DNA of 64,000 nt, the filler included, from Globobulimina sp. (taxonomy: Eukaryota), in NCBI GenBank assembly GCA_003354225.1. It is 33 parts of 33 records of this genome, joined end to end, with 100 filler letters (N's around TTAATTAATTAA, not from the genome) between each part and the next. Parts side by side here need not be neighbours in the genome. Positions count along the whole stretch, not along the records: positions 33,040 to 34,882 come from PIVH01011322.1; positions 34,983 to 36,824 come from PIVH01011323.1; positions 36,925 to 38,766 come from PIVH01011324.1; positions 38,867 to 40,708 come from PIVH01011325.1; positions 40,809 to 42,650 come from PIVH01011326.1; positions 42,751 to 44,592 come from PIVH01011327.1; positions 44,693 to 46,534 come from PIVH01011328.1; 26 more parts are not named here. One strand, 5' to 3'. This document shows positions 33,746 through 45,909 of this stretch, piece by piece; within the stretch, counting starts at the first letter, position 1, and every line of letters begins with the position of its first letter. The position numbers were made by a program, and so were the translations under genes. The notes beneath the pieces were generated by a model. The model did no database searches and was not told the DNA's origin. It worked only from the letters and a program-made list of their open reading frames with translations.

Positions 33746-34330
33746 ATGGCAGCCATAAAATCAAGAACACATTGTAAACATGGATGTGGTCGGAAGGTAG
33801 CATCAGGGGCCACCAAAAAAGGTAATACTTACGATACGTGTTGCAGAGCCTGTGTAAAATCTGGAGGATCCAGTCATGACAAACATTGTATTTCTAGAAA
33901 TCCGACCTGTTCGAATCACACAACAACTTCTGTGCATAAATGGCAACTAAGACGATCAAAAAATGTGCATGGAACCAAAACAATGATTCTATATCATGTG
34001 ACAAATAAATCCGGCGCAGATGGTATTACATCGAAAAATCAAATGATACGGGGTGGGTCGGGAATGTTTGGTGGAGGCATATATTTTGCTGAAACAATTG
34101 ACATTGCAAAATCGAAGGCACATTACAGTGGATATGTGATAACAGCCACAGTGTTGGTGGGCAAAGAATTGCAAGTCAGTGGATCCAGTGTTGGCACTTT
34201 TGGTTTCCGAGAATTATGGAAAAAGGGGTATGATTCAGTGTGGGCAGCAAAAGGATCCGGAGCAGGGCAGTGTGAACGAGTTATTTATAATTACGATCAG
34301 ATCGAGATAATCAGTGTCAAGCCATTGTAA
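33746..34330 (+). CDS. Small PARP-like (Gig2-like) ADP-ribosyltransferase with N-terminal Cys/His finger
   Basis: H-Y-E motifs LYHVT, GMFGGGIYFA and GYDSV...ERVIY. N-terminal CKHGC...CCRAC...HDKHC. Confidence 0.8.
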   Translation: MAAIKSRTHCKHGCGRKVASGATKKGNTYDTCCRACVKSGGSSHDKHCISRNPTCSNHTTTSVHKWQLRRSKNVHGTKTMILYHVTNKSGADGITSKNQMIRGGSGMFGGGIYFAETIDIAKSKAHYSGYVITATVLVGKELQVSGSSVGTFGFRELWKKGYDSVWAAKGSGAGQCERVIYNYDQIEIISVKPL

Positions 34331-34648
34331 TATAAGCAATGACTACTGATGTTGTATGCCAATGTGTTGTGTGTTGTGTGTTTAATCTCTGATGAAGTGT
34401 AACACATGCAATCCATATCGTGCTTTATTGTTAATTATTCATGAGAGTAAGTCTCATTTTGATTATACTCATTCAACTATAAAAATCTGGTGTTTGCATA
34501 ATTGCATTGGCAAATTAATAATCTAACAAACAACAAAAATGAAAAATGTGTGTTGTCGGTGCAAAGTGCAGTAGTTTATATATGAGATGTATTTTAGTAA
34601 AATACCAGATCGTTATCAGTTTAATAGCATTACTCATTGTATTATACA

Positions 34649-34730
34649 GGCACTATGGCCGAGTGGTTAAGGCGTTAGATTAGAAATCTAATGGGTGTTA
34701 CCCGCGTGAGTTCAAATCTCACTGGTGTCG
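34649..34730 (+). tRNA. tRNA-Ser(AGA)
   Basis: Acceptor stem GGCACTA/TGGTGTC, D arm TGGCCGAGTGGTTAAGGC, anticodon arm TTAGA-TTAGAAA-TCTAA, long variable arm, GTTCAAATC T loop and a downstream T run. Confidence 0.95.
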
Positions 34731-34982
34731 TTTTCTTTTTTTTTATCACAAAAACTTTTAACCCTTTATATTAGAACCAAAACCAGGAAAAAAATTGTAC
34801 AAAAAAAATCATTCAAAAAAAGTTTATTTAAAAGTATAGAGTATAGTTTTTTATTTTTTTTGAATTGCCAATGCTTCTTTACNNNNNNNNNNNNNNNNNN
34901 NNNNNNNNNNNNNNNNNNNNNNNNNNTTAATTAATTAANNNNNNNNNNNNNNNNNNNNNNNNNNNNNNNNNNNNNNNNNNNN

Positions 34983-35838
34983 ATGCGGAAAATGTTTACA
35001 GATCAACAAATATATCAATTTGCGTGGAGGCTACCATTTTTAGGTCTGGTTTTCCATAATGTTTTGATGAAATGCAGCAGTAAACGCACATAAAAACTAC
35101 TAAATAGGAGGTATCGTCGTGGCTGGTTTTGGTATTTGGATCCGGCGGGCTTTGCCAATGAGCGATGCTTTTCTACACAAAAAGGAAGAAGGCGCATTAA
35201 AAAAGAACCCAACGTTATGGGTATTATTCAACAATAAGCTAACTATACTTATACTGGTTTGCCATTTATGTGTGCAGGGCAGTGCATATTACAGTATATA
35301 TGTTTGGTTACCGACGTATTTACACGAACTGAGACATAATCCCATTGACAATGCATATGCGATAACAGTCGGTGTGATGATAATTGGTATGTTTGTTAGT
35401 ATGCTTTCTGGATATTTGGGTGATAAATATTCGCCAATCAGAGTATTACTGACTGTTGGACCAATTTTTTTAATTTCGATTGTGATTTTATTTCCAATCT
35501 TAGCACATTCCAATGAAGCAGGCACCGCTCTGGTTATGATTATTATTTCTATGTTGCATGGTTTATTTAGTGGGCCGTCGTCAGTTTGGGCCATTGATCA
35601 ATTGCCAGATGCATCCACAAGATATTCTGCATTGGGTATTGGATATAATATATCCTTAGCTTTATTTGGAGGAACTGCACCTTTATTTGCAACTGCAATA
35701 ACAAGCAAATCGGGCATCAGTGCCTGGGCCTGGGTTTTGTTTATTTATGGGGTTATTTCATTAACCACTGATGCTCTGGTTTCAAGATATAATGTCAAGC
35801 GGAAAAAGAAAAATGAATTGGGAGCATTTCAACAATAA
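34983..35838 (+). CDS. MFS transporter, metabolite:H+ symporter (ProP-like), C-terminal part
   Basis: FAWRLPF, WLPTYL, GYLGDK and RYSALGIGYNISLALFGGTAP. Confidence 0.85.
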
Positions 35839-36021
35839 AATGAACATTGTATTAGTTTTTGAAGTGGTTGCTACTATTTTTAAATAATTTAAAGTTATTG
35901 CATTTTCTTGGTCTCAAGTCTAGAGCTCTGCTGCAAGTAGTGCAGTTTAGAATAATTGCATATCGTTAAAAGTTGTCGTTTAAATCCGAGATCCTCGCAC
36001 TGGTAAATCTCCAATACAACG

Positions 36022-36693
36022 TTGAAACATATATTTAAAGCACCGTTTAAAAGCATACAAAATAAAAATCGCGGTGACTGTATACAAAAGTGTGTGAATA
36101 ATATTTTAGGTGCGCGATATTGGACAAATGAGCAGTATTATAATGAGTTTGTGAAACCTTACGATGATACCACTGCGAAACGAAGAGAGTTAAGTTTGGT
36201 TCCTGGCAAATTTTCTAAAGCAGGTTATGAAGATTTTGATGAAATATCAATAATTCGCGCATTAGGCAAAGTTGGTGCATTTGAGCAACGTTTAGAAAAT
36301 GTAAATGATTTAAGAAAAATAAATTTTTCATATCCAAGCCAATGTTTAGGGATTCGAGTCACATATTCAGCGCCGCAATTTCATAGTGTAGCATTTAGAT
36401 TTGTCGATGGATATTGGTGGTTTATACAGAGTTGGCGAGGCCATTTGTCGCAGCAATTAGCAAATAAAGAAGCATTGATACAGAAAATTAAATTATTGCT
36501 TGCCTTGTCAGTCACACAGGGCACTGTAAATATTGTGCGATTGAGACCTGACGCCAAGACATTAATTCCTCCTGATTTTATTAATCGCATTGAATTGGTT
36601 GATATAACCACGGAAAAGTGTATCACTTATTTTGTTACAGATCAAGAACCTGAGGCCAACGAAGTGCAAGTCGGTGTTCCAAATTATGTTTGA
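36022..36693 (+). CDS. Divergent Josephin-like cysteine protease domain
   Basis: Q..RGDCIQKCVNNILG and FHSVAFRFVDGYWWFIQS align by eye with the Josephin Cys and His boxes. The start is uncertain. Confidence 0.55.
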   Translation: MKHIFKAPFKSIQNKNRGDCIQKCVNNILGARYWTNEQYYNEFVKPYDDTTAKRRELSLVPGKFSKAGYEDFDEISIIRALGKVGAFEQRLENVNDLRKINFSYPSQCLGIRVTYSAPQFHSVAFRFVDGYWWFIQSWRGHLSQQLANKEALIQKIKLLLALSVTQGTVNIVRLRPDAKTLIPPDFINRIELVDITTEKCITYFVTDQEPEANEVQVGVPNYV

Positions 36694-37352
36694 TGTGTTT
36701 CCTATTTAATTATGATATTAATTTTAAGTCAACCATCCCTTTGTATACAAGTTATACTTTACTTGAAAGTTTTTCACAGAAATGTGTTTCAAATCGATAT
36801 GTGATATTCAAAAGTAAACGTAAANNNNNNNNNNNNNNNNNNNNNNNNNNNNNNNNNNNNNNNNNNNNTTAATTAATTAANNNNNNNNNNNNNNNNNNNN
36901 NNNNNNNNNNNNNNNNNNNNNNNNGCGCCAGCAGCGATGCCGTAAAGCTTGGACTTGTCAGGCTTTGTTCCACAATAGATTGTATTTTGGAATATCATTG
37001 TAAGGACAAAGCGTCACAAATTGAATGTCGGAATAATTTATTTCCGAATCAATTCAAATTATAGATGATTTAATCAATGCATTTGATGCTACTCAAACCC
37101 ATACATTTAAGGAACTGTGTATCACAAATATAGAAAGTCACATTCGGTAGAATAATATTTAATTCACAAGAATACAATAATGGAATGCATGAATGATACT
37201 AATAATATAAATAAATATATGTATGGATGTATTGAGTCCTACATTTTCTAACGTATCCGCTTACTAATAAGTGTGACCGTCTTTTCCTGACAGCATGATT
37301 CATGTGTCTTAAAACAATTTTTTTAAACATTTTGGTTCAAGCTACATAAAAC

Positions 37353-38766
37353 ATGGCAATCAATGAGAAAAAAGATGCTGTCGATATGCCATCCCATTAC
37401 AAACCATCATTGTCGACTGGTGTTTATGGAACATATACTACCATCGACTCTAGATCTGATGCCAAACAATATATTTATTTGCCATCAGTAAGTTGTGGTG
37501 TCTTTGGAACCTGGTTATACAACGACTCATCGCCGTATACTAATACCACCGATACAACCACTCCCAAACAAACAACTCGCAAAACAAAACCAATGAAAGC
37601 ATCATCCGGATACAGCAGTTGGTTTCGTAAAAGCGAACCAATCGATTATAAATTTGAAATTCGAGGCGCACGAAATGAAACAATACAAAATGGTAAAAAA
37701 TACAATGTTAAACTATTACAAGAATATAAATTGCCTATCGGGCAAACCCTAGCTAATATGACCAAATCCAAACAACCCAACACACAGCAAAACACACAAC
37801 AGTTAGTACAGTTATCTCTATACTCATTACTTACTGACTTATGTCATTTGCATTGCATCCTTGCACACAGCGCCACTGCAACAGGAACAAGAACAGGAAC
37901 AGGAACATTATTTATTTGCGAAGGAAGCGTGGTATCATTCAGTGGCGAATGTATAATCAATGCAGCCAACGAAGGAATGCTTGGCGGTGGAGGGGTATTT
38001 TGATAATACATTGTATCCGCTCCATTTCATTTGATTACATATGAAATAATTTGTACTTTTTATAGGTTGATGGTGCCATATCATCCGCTGGCGGCGATGC
38101 ATTATATCATTTACGTGAACAGGTAGCAATCATCAAAGGTTCTCGATTTGTGCGCTGTAGAGTCGGTGATGCCAAATGTACTCAATCTGGATACCCGTAT
38201 AATAAATTACAATGTGACTATGTAATCCATGCAGTTGGCCCCAATTATTCTATATTGTATCGAGGTGGCAAAAATATGAAAATGAGTGATATTGATAAGT
38301 TTTTATATGCCTCGTATGCCAAATCAATGTTGATTTGCAGAGAGAAGAATATAAAATCTGTTGGATTTTGTTTGATATCGTCGGGAATATTCCGTGGGCC
38401 TCGGTCGTTGGATGATGTCTTGAAACTGGGTATTGAGGCAATTCGCGATCATATGTTTCCAGGGATTGAAGTGTTTATGATTGGATATCAAAATTCCGAA
38501 TTGGTTTGTTTGAGTAAAGTGGCACCGGCAGTTTTAGGCAAAATGCATAAGGAATATGCAAAGGTTAAAGAAAGAAAAGGATGGGGTGGCTGGGGTGCAT
38601 GGAATAGATCAAAAGGTGCGAATCAGGACAATGGCAAAGATGGTGATGATGGTTCTGGCTTTTTCAATTTTGGATGGGGAAATAAGAAAAAAAGGATTGG
38701 TAAAAGTAATAAAGGCAAAGCTAAAGGGAATGCAAAAAGTGGACAGAAAAGGAAAAATGATGCATG
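37353..38766 (+). CDS. MacroD-type macrodomain protein; intron 37995-38065; 3' truncated
   Basis: IINAANEGMLGGGG|VDGAI across the splice, plus VIHAVGP and LISSGIF. Confidence 0.9.
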
Positions 38767-39097
38767 NNNNNNNNNNNNNNNNNNNNNNNNNNNNNNNNNN
38801 NNNNNNNNNNTTAATTAATTAANNNNNNNNNNNNNNNNNNNNNNNNNNNNNNNNNNNNNNNNNNNNATCACATATATCCTTGCACTTTCACATTTATCTT
38901 GGTGCGCATGCTGCTGCTGATGAAGTACAGTAACACAAATGGTTCACGCAACAACAAATAACCATAACGACCACGCAAATAATTATCTGTCTTTGTCTCT
39001 TTGATCTTAAACGATACAATTATTTCTAACTCATTTTTGTGTTTTTGCAGAATATGATGAAAAACGCGGGCAATAGAGGGCTGGGTAAGGTTCGCAC

Positions 39098-39357
39098 GGG
39101 ATATGAGAAACAGGAACTGGGATATGAGATTGGGATATGAGAAATATTTATATTTAACACGATTTATACTATAGAAATTAATAGGAAATAATATAAAAAA
39201 TAATAATATTATACTAAAAATTTAGCTTTTATGCTCTTTTTCTCTTGTATGTCATATCCGTACATAAAAACCTCATATCCCAAAAGCATGGTTTCTACAG
39301 TATTTCTATAGTAATTGTGTGCTTATTCTCATATCCCAGACCAAAATGTCATATCCG
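39098..39357. repeat. Cluster of GGATATGA motifs, 3 forward then 4 reverse
   Basis: Forward copies at 39098, 39119 and 39132; inverted copies at 39252, 39272, 39328 and 39349. Confidence 0.7.
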
Positions 39358-39428
39358 TATAGATGATTTCAATACAGTGAAGATTATTTTAATATATTAA
39401 ATTTTAGTGTATTTTTATTAAATTTTTA

Positions 39429-40556
39429 TTATGTTTTCAATATATTTTTATTAAATTTTATTATATTTTTGTTAAATTTATTGTAAATTGTTTTTTGTTC
39501 GAAAATTGTTTTTAACATGGACCTATAATTATGAATAATCATAATTATCGCATGTGCTTCTTGGTAATTAATGGACATATGTCGATAATTTAAGCCTTGT
39601 GAATTTATTTGATTTATAAAGTGATAATTTGCGTATTTAGAACCAATTATGAATCCACCTCCTATGCTGCTTGCATCTGTGGCACCTGTCATTGTTATCG
39701 AAGGTTGATTTACTATGGAATGCATAGTTACTTTTTGCATATATTTGGCGAATTTCAACCAAAATCTGAAATCGATGACAATAAGATCAGGTATCCAAAA
39801 AATCTGATTTTTTAATCTTTTGTTAGATCTAATTTTGTCATGAATCATACGCAATAATCTGTAGCATAAAATTTTAGCCGGTTTGCGGAGTTGTGCCCAA
39901 TGCATCATTTTACCACAAATTGACTCTAAAGCATGGCCGGAAGCGTACCGATGCTGAATCATCAAATTTAATGCTTTTATAATTTCATGGAATTTAATAT
40001 CTGGGATGAAAACGTGTTTTGTTGATAAATCAAAACCAAATCCATGGACCACCCCTTCTGTTATGGCATTTTCATCCTTATCATGAGAAATATTTATATT
40101 TAATTGTTCGCACATAAAATCAAACTTATTTGCTAAATCAACTGCTTCTTTCTTACTATTTGCAGCTAAAATAAAATCGTCAATGTGTACCAAAATCCGA
40201 TTTCGTTGAGAAAGATTTAAAAACTTATTCTCTAAAATCCAAATTAAAATTGAGGCAAAATGTTGACAATTTGCTGCTGCTGACGCAATGCCATATGCTT
40301 GGCGTAAATCTCTGAATGTTAAGCCAAAAATACAATATTGTATATATTGTGAGTCTTCTGACGCTAAATTTAATTGACGGAAAGCGTCTTTTAAGTCTCT
40401 CAACGAAACATAACTATATTTTAAAAGTAGATTTACATATTTGCGAATGTTAGGCAGTGTTGGCATTTTACATTTTTGTTTATCGATTATGTCATTGATT
40501 GAAACCAATCTGCTCGTACTATATGAGCCGTGGCGTGCGACTCTAATTTCAGTCAA
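39429..40556 (-). mobile_element. DIRS/Ngaro-like retrotransposon RT-RNase H fragment
   Basis: RT motifs DLKDAFRQL, YGIASA and HIDDF. RNase H motifs TDASSIGGG and SINYQE. It degenerates into AT-rich sequence at about 39515. Confidence 0.8.
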
Positions 40557-40808
40557 TAATTTTGTCTCATTATTTCGCTTCCTTAACCATCAAAGGTGGC
40601 CTTTTGGCATAACACTCGGTAACCTCCCCCTGGTAAGAGGGTGCACATGGGAAACTCTAGCATCTACTTTCATACAGTCAAACAGTCGAACATCTACAAC
40701 TCAATTGTNNNNNNNNNNNNNNNNNNNNNNNNNNNNNNNNNNNNNNNNNNNNTTAATTAATTAANNNNNNNNNNNNNNNNNNNNNNNNNNNNNNNNNNNN
40801 NNNNNNNN

Positions 40809-42100
40809 CTACTTTGTAAGAACGAACACAGGCAACTCCGAGACATCTACAGTCACAGAACCAGTAGCAACGGTTATCTTTCTTTGTTCCCCATCTGCGT
40901 TGCCAACAATGGGTATTATTAACAATGCTTCATTGTTAGAACTTGTTCCAGTTGTAAGTGAATAACTTTCTACTCTCTTGTCACTTGATGATGGACACCA
41001 TAAAACAAATGCATTCTTTGTCTCAATTGTAAACGTTTGCACACAAACATTATCCGTTCCACATTTCCGATCTACAAAATACGCATTCTTCAATGCCCGA
41101 TACATACAAGTAAAATACCAATATCCTTGTTTTACTCGTAACCAACCCAGATGTTGCATATGGACAACCACTCGCACTGTTTACATCTGACCACATATAT
41201 TGATGAGCTCGCTGGACATTTGCTGCTGCAAAATATAAAACAGTTCGCATGATCCACATTCCTACATATAAAATATCAAATATTTTCTGTTTCGATATTA
41301 TAATGTTAGTATACGTTACCTTGAACTTGTTCAGCTGAAAAACTTCCAATTGCCGGTGCTGCGTATTTCGATGCAGCATTTGTATCATAGCCCATAGCTG
41401 CACATCTGGAATATTCCGATCTCTCCATGTAGCTAATTGTTGAATTTTGCCCAAAACATCATATTCTTCCGGTGATATACCAATGGTTCCCGCACTGTTT
41501 TGTGCATAGAAATAAACGTTTACAGCTTCCGCTGGAAAGGTCTTAAAACATCCAGAGCCTGTTCGAAATGCTTGAGACCACCACACAGTCGCTTGCCATC
41601 GATCTAATGTGGTTTGATTTGCCAGTGCGCCCAATGATACATTCATGCTCAAATCAACATTCTTGACACCAACTGTTTTGGGCATAGTGCCGCAATGTCC
41701 ATCATACGCAGCCGATTGCATTGCAGCTTGTTCTGTTGCACTAAAAAAAACATCACGACTCTCCCAAAAGCAATTCGGTTCGTTATAAATTTCAACCCAT
41801 TGCAATAAATTTGTACCAGTTAGCCTGGGCTGAGGTGCTGCGTCCCACGTTGATACATTTGGTGCTAATTTCAACAACGAATCATCCACTTTGCTTCGTC
41901 CATATCTTGCGGTTACTTGACTATGCGCTCGTCAGAGACCATAATATAACTATGCGGGTCTGCAGTGGCGCCATCTTTAAAATATATAGAATCACTTATT
42001 GGCTTCCAATTAGATTCACTATCATTCCAATTATTCACATCAATGTCTGGATGTTTTCCGGTTTGTTGTTGCGCACTTTTGCCATTGTTAAGAGACCCAC
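40809..42100 (-). pseudogene. Clan GH-A glycoside hydrolase-like gene with intron and frameshifts
   Basis: Acid/base motif WVEIYNEP and SAAYDGH. The expected xTEFGYD nucleophile motif is broken at about 41392. GT-AG intron at about 41262-41319. Confidence 0.6.
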
Positions 42101-42750
42101 AACAATTATTGCAAGAAGTTTTTAAAGTAAGGAGTACCTAATAAGTTAGATACAATAAATCAAGAGGATTTAGGATAAAATGTCAGTTCCGCACATTACA
42201 ATTGTATTTATGCAAAATCTTCATTATACTCTGCTAATAAGGCCGTTGCTCTTCGATGTAAAGTTCATACGAAAGTTTGCGTTTTTTCAACCATTTATCC
42301 CATGCATCAATTTGATTAAATTCTTGCAATTTATTTTCATCCATATTTATTTCACGACTGACATCTAATGACCAAACTTTATTATTAGCATCTTTGTCAG
42401 ATATTTTATACGTTTTTGCCCATTTCTTACACCAATCATTCGGTACAACGACATTGATACAACCTCCAATTATCTCATTTTTATCGATATCGCAATCAAT
42501 TGTAATAACATATGGCAAGAAATTAGAAATACGTACGGCAAACATTAAAGTGGAGCGTCTGTCTTTGTACCAATTGTGCTGTAAATACCATTAATTTGCA
42601 ACCACAATATGGACAAATAGAAACAATATACGGTCATATGACAGCTCTATNNNNNNNNNNNNNNNNNNNNNNNNNNNNNNNNNNNNNNNNNNNNTTAATT
42701 AATTAANNNNNNNNNNNNNNNNNNNNNNNNNNNNNNNNNNNNNNNNNNNN

Positions 42751-42890
42751 GCGATATTTTTCCTTTGTTTTTGAGACGAAAAAAACGACCGTATCAAATA
42801 ATAGGTGATCAATGCATTTGCCGCAGTAAATATTGTTGCCATTATCGTTACTGGAATTGTGATAAATTTCTCTATGTCATGATTCACCAT
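42751..42890 (-). CDS. Membrane protein, N-terminal fragment
   Basis: An ATG is followed by one TM helix and basic residues, open to the contig edge. Confidence 0.4.
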
Positions 42891-42981
42891 TTACAACAAT
42901 TATTCTATTAATATTTCCGCAAAAGCTCCAATGATGAATGTTGAGGAAACACAAAAAACCCTTTTTTTGTTGAGTACATAG

Positions 42982-44592
42982 ATGATGTCTACAATGGACA
43001 ATGCACAACATTCATTGTTTGATGAAGCCAATGATGAAAAAACAACCACCAGCACTAACGAGAAAAATGCAGCTGATAAATTTGAAAATGACCCATCAAT
43101 ACAAAATATTGTTTCAGCATTAAAACATTATCAAACAATTCTAAATGATGAACATTATATAACAATTTTAAAAACATATTTAAATAATACTGTTCAGCAA
43201 AATCATGCCACATTTGAGCAAATTTATAATATCATGTGCAAGGATATTAAATGTGATATTAAAAATTGCAAACATTATTCAAGAAACAATAGAAATCGAG
43301 AAAAGGAGTCAATAAAATCAAATAACCACAAAGACGAAGAAATTAAAGCCATATTTTATACAGATTTATTAGACACAGTTCATTGTTATTTCCTGCATTC
43401 CTACGATATTGGCTTCCGAATCAAATACAGTGAATCACAAAAAATATATAAAGACGATACATCGCAACAAACACAACAAAATATCGACGATACCAGTGCT
43501 AATTTAGACAATTCCAAATTTTTAAGTAATTGTATTGATGACGGAATGCATAAATTCAACTCATTCCTTCGAAACAGACGAGAGTCATTGAGACAAATCC
43601 GTGGAGCAAAACGAACAGAAAATAATAAATTTATGACCAATGTGAGTAAAGATACGTTAGTTAGCCATCAACAAAAAGAGCAAGAACCAGAAGAGGAAGA
43701 AAATAAAGATATGGCTGACCAAAAAACAGAAACAAAAAGCGATGATAAAGATAAAATGAGTTCTTTTAGCTTTGGATATCGATATTATTATTGGAAACAA
43801 GAAAAGTTTCGTGAAAGATGGTATATTCCAAAGAAAATGTGTAAATATAAATCTCTTAAAGATGAATTATTAAACAATTCGATATTTACATTAGAAGTGG
43901 AAGCTTATAACATTGCATTGGAGAAAGCAACACAGTTTGCGCAATGTTGCTATATTCACAAACTCAAAACCAATAATATTTTATGCAGATATTATGGCAT
44001 TGACAAAAATTCAATTATGGATATTCAACATATTTTGAGTCTGGTTTTGTACACTGATTTTGATCAACTTTCTTTTCATTTTAGCGGTACATTTAGGCGG
44101 CAAGACAATGATAGAAATAAATCCGTATCCTTAATCCATAAAGAATTAAAAGAAAGAAATGCCGAATATTGGCATTGGAGCAAAGTGTTAAGAGAAACAG
44201 TGGAATTAAGGGAACTGCATTGAATTCCAAAGATAATAAATATAAAATATTTTACCATGGGACTAGTTATTTAATTTTTGATAAATTGGTTGCTAAATTT
44301 TCCAGTCCAACGTCTACCACCAGCTCCATTGAGGTGGCCACCATATTTGCGCGTGAAAAAGGACTAATTTTGGAGTTGGAACAATATGTTGGATATGGCA
44401 GCGATTTGAGATTTTTTGATGTCAATTTTATCTCAACTTTTAGCAGTGAAAATGAGAAATTATTTTTTGGAGGAAAGAAGCAGCTGCGATTAGGTGCAAT
44501 TCGTAATATTGCTCAAAATGAAAATTATAGAATTTTTATTAAGGCATTGACCCTTTGTCAAATTGCAATTCGTGGCATGAATAATACGGTTA
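42982..44592 (+). CDS. Large protist protein with C-terminal ADP-ribosyltransferase-like motifs; frameshift near 44205; 3' truncated
   Basis: LVLYTD, FYHG, FSSPTSTT..IEVA..F, GLILEL and ISTFSSENEKLF. Confidence 0.6.
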
Positions 44593-44781
44593 NNNNNNNN
44601 NNNNNNNNNNNNNNNNNNNNNNNNNNNNNNNNNNNNTTAATTAATTAANNNNNNNNNNNNNNNNNNNNNNNNNNNNNNNNNNNNNNNNNNNNAGTGCAAG
44701 GACCTTGCCACACTTTACTGACTGAGTCCATATTGTGATCTCTTTGAATGTTTTGCACATAAAATTGTTCTAGTCCTCACC

Positions 44782-45672
44782 ATGTCGCTGTTGGAATTAC
44801 GAAAGCAGCAAAAACAAACGTTTGCACATTGTTTAAAACAAATAACATTGTCTGTGGCATTTCAATCAAAACTAGAAGCTACAATCGGCAGACAGTACAA
44901 ATTAATTCAATATCAAAAGTGTTACAAACATCAAGCATTGCAAATCTTATCCTATCAATTCTCATCGATGGGCGGCACAAATCATGCAAAAATGTTACAA
45001 ATATCTGTTAGTGATCATTATAGATCATTATCATTGGAATTGGATCATTTAGCAAATACAGGAATGGCTATGTTGATTGTCGACAAGCATAACAATGTTT
45101 GTTTTATTGCATATATGTGGGATGAATGTGATCCGCCAATATTTAATATTGAAAACGAAAAAATATATAAAAAACATGAAATATGTTCAACTGCAATGAA
45201 GAATGACCCATTGTATAAAGAACTAGTATTATCACACAAAAATTCATTAAAATATGGTGATATGTTGGTGATGGCAAAAGCAGCCATAAGACCTGATTTG
45301 AGTGGCAAAGGGTTTCTTATCTTTGACTTTTCATATTTGATGGCAATATTACTTGGATATGAATATAAATATGCATTGCAAACCAATTCCTATACATTAG
45401 CTGTTGGTGATGCGTTATGCAAAAATACATCAATGCTAACAAAATGGAGAAGGTCGAGTTATTTTGATTTTTCACAATTTGCATGCGATAATGGAACGAA
45501 TTGGAATAATGCATATGTGAATAAATTAAAAATGAAATATTCAAAGATTGGAGTGTTATTCGGAATAAATTCAAAACAATTAGTTAGTATTGAACAAGCA
45601 ATGGAAGATTGGGTGATATTTTGTAAGGTGCTTAATAACATGAAAAATTCAAAACGGAAAAGCAAGATTTAA
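44782..45672 (+). CDS. Putative GNAT (AANAT-like) acetyltransferase
   Basis: Complete ORF with the motif-A-like AAIRPDLSGKG and a later TNSYT. Confidence 0.55.
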   Translation: MSLLELRKQQKQTFAHCLKQITLSVAFQSKLEATIGRQYKLIQYQKCYKHQALQILSYQFSSMGGTNHAKMLQISVSDHYRSLSLELDHLANTGMAMLIVDKHNNVCFIAYMWDECDPPIFNIENEKIYKKHEICSTAMKNDPLYKELVLSHKNSLKYGDMLVMAKAAIRPDLSGKGFLIFDFSYLMAILLGYEYKYALQTNSYTLAVGDALCKNTSMLTKWRRSSYFDFSQFACDNGTNWNNAYVNKLKMKYSKIGVLFGINSKQLVSIEQAMEDWVIFCKVLNNMKNSKRKSKI

Positions 45673-45909
45673 GTGATTGATAAATATCATTTCCATATGG
45701 ATATGGTCAATATGGGAAAGTTCGTTCGTTCGTTCGTTCGATAATACAGTGATAATATATGACTGTGATCAGATATATTTTGATCATATGTAGCATCTTA
45801 TATGTTTCTGTGTAATCTTCCGAACACGCAGGAGCAGAACTAGACAACTAGTATCTTAACGATTACAGGTTAACCATCTTTACATTTCAGTCTTGTTGAT
45901 ATTTGATAA

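Noticed and set aside
33746-44592. ADP-ribosylation gene cluster (PARP-like, macrodomain, ART-like)
   Set aside because: The three genes are on different contigs placed together only by length sorting.
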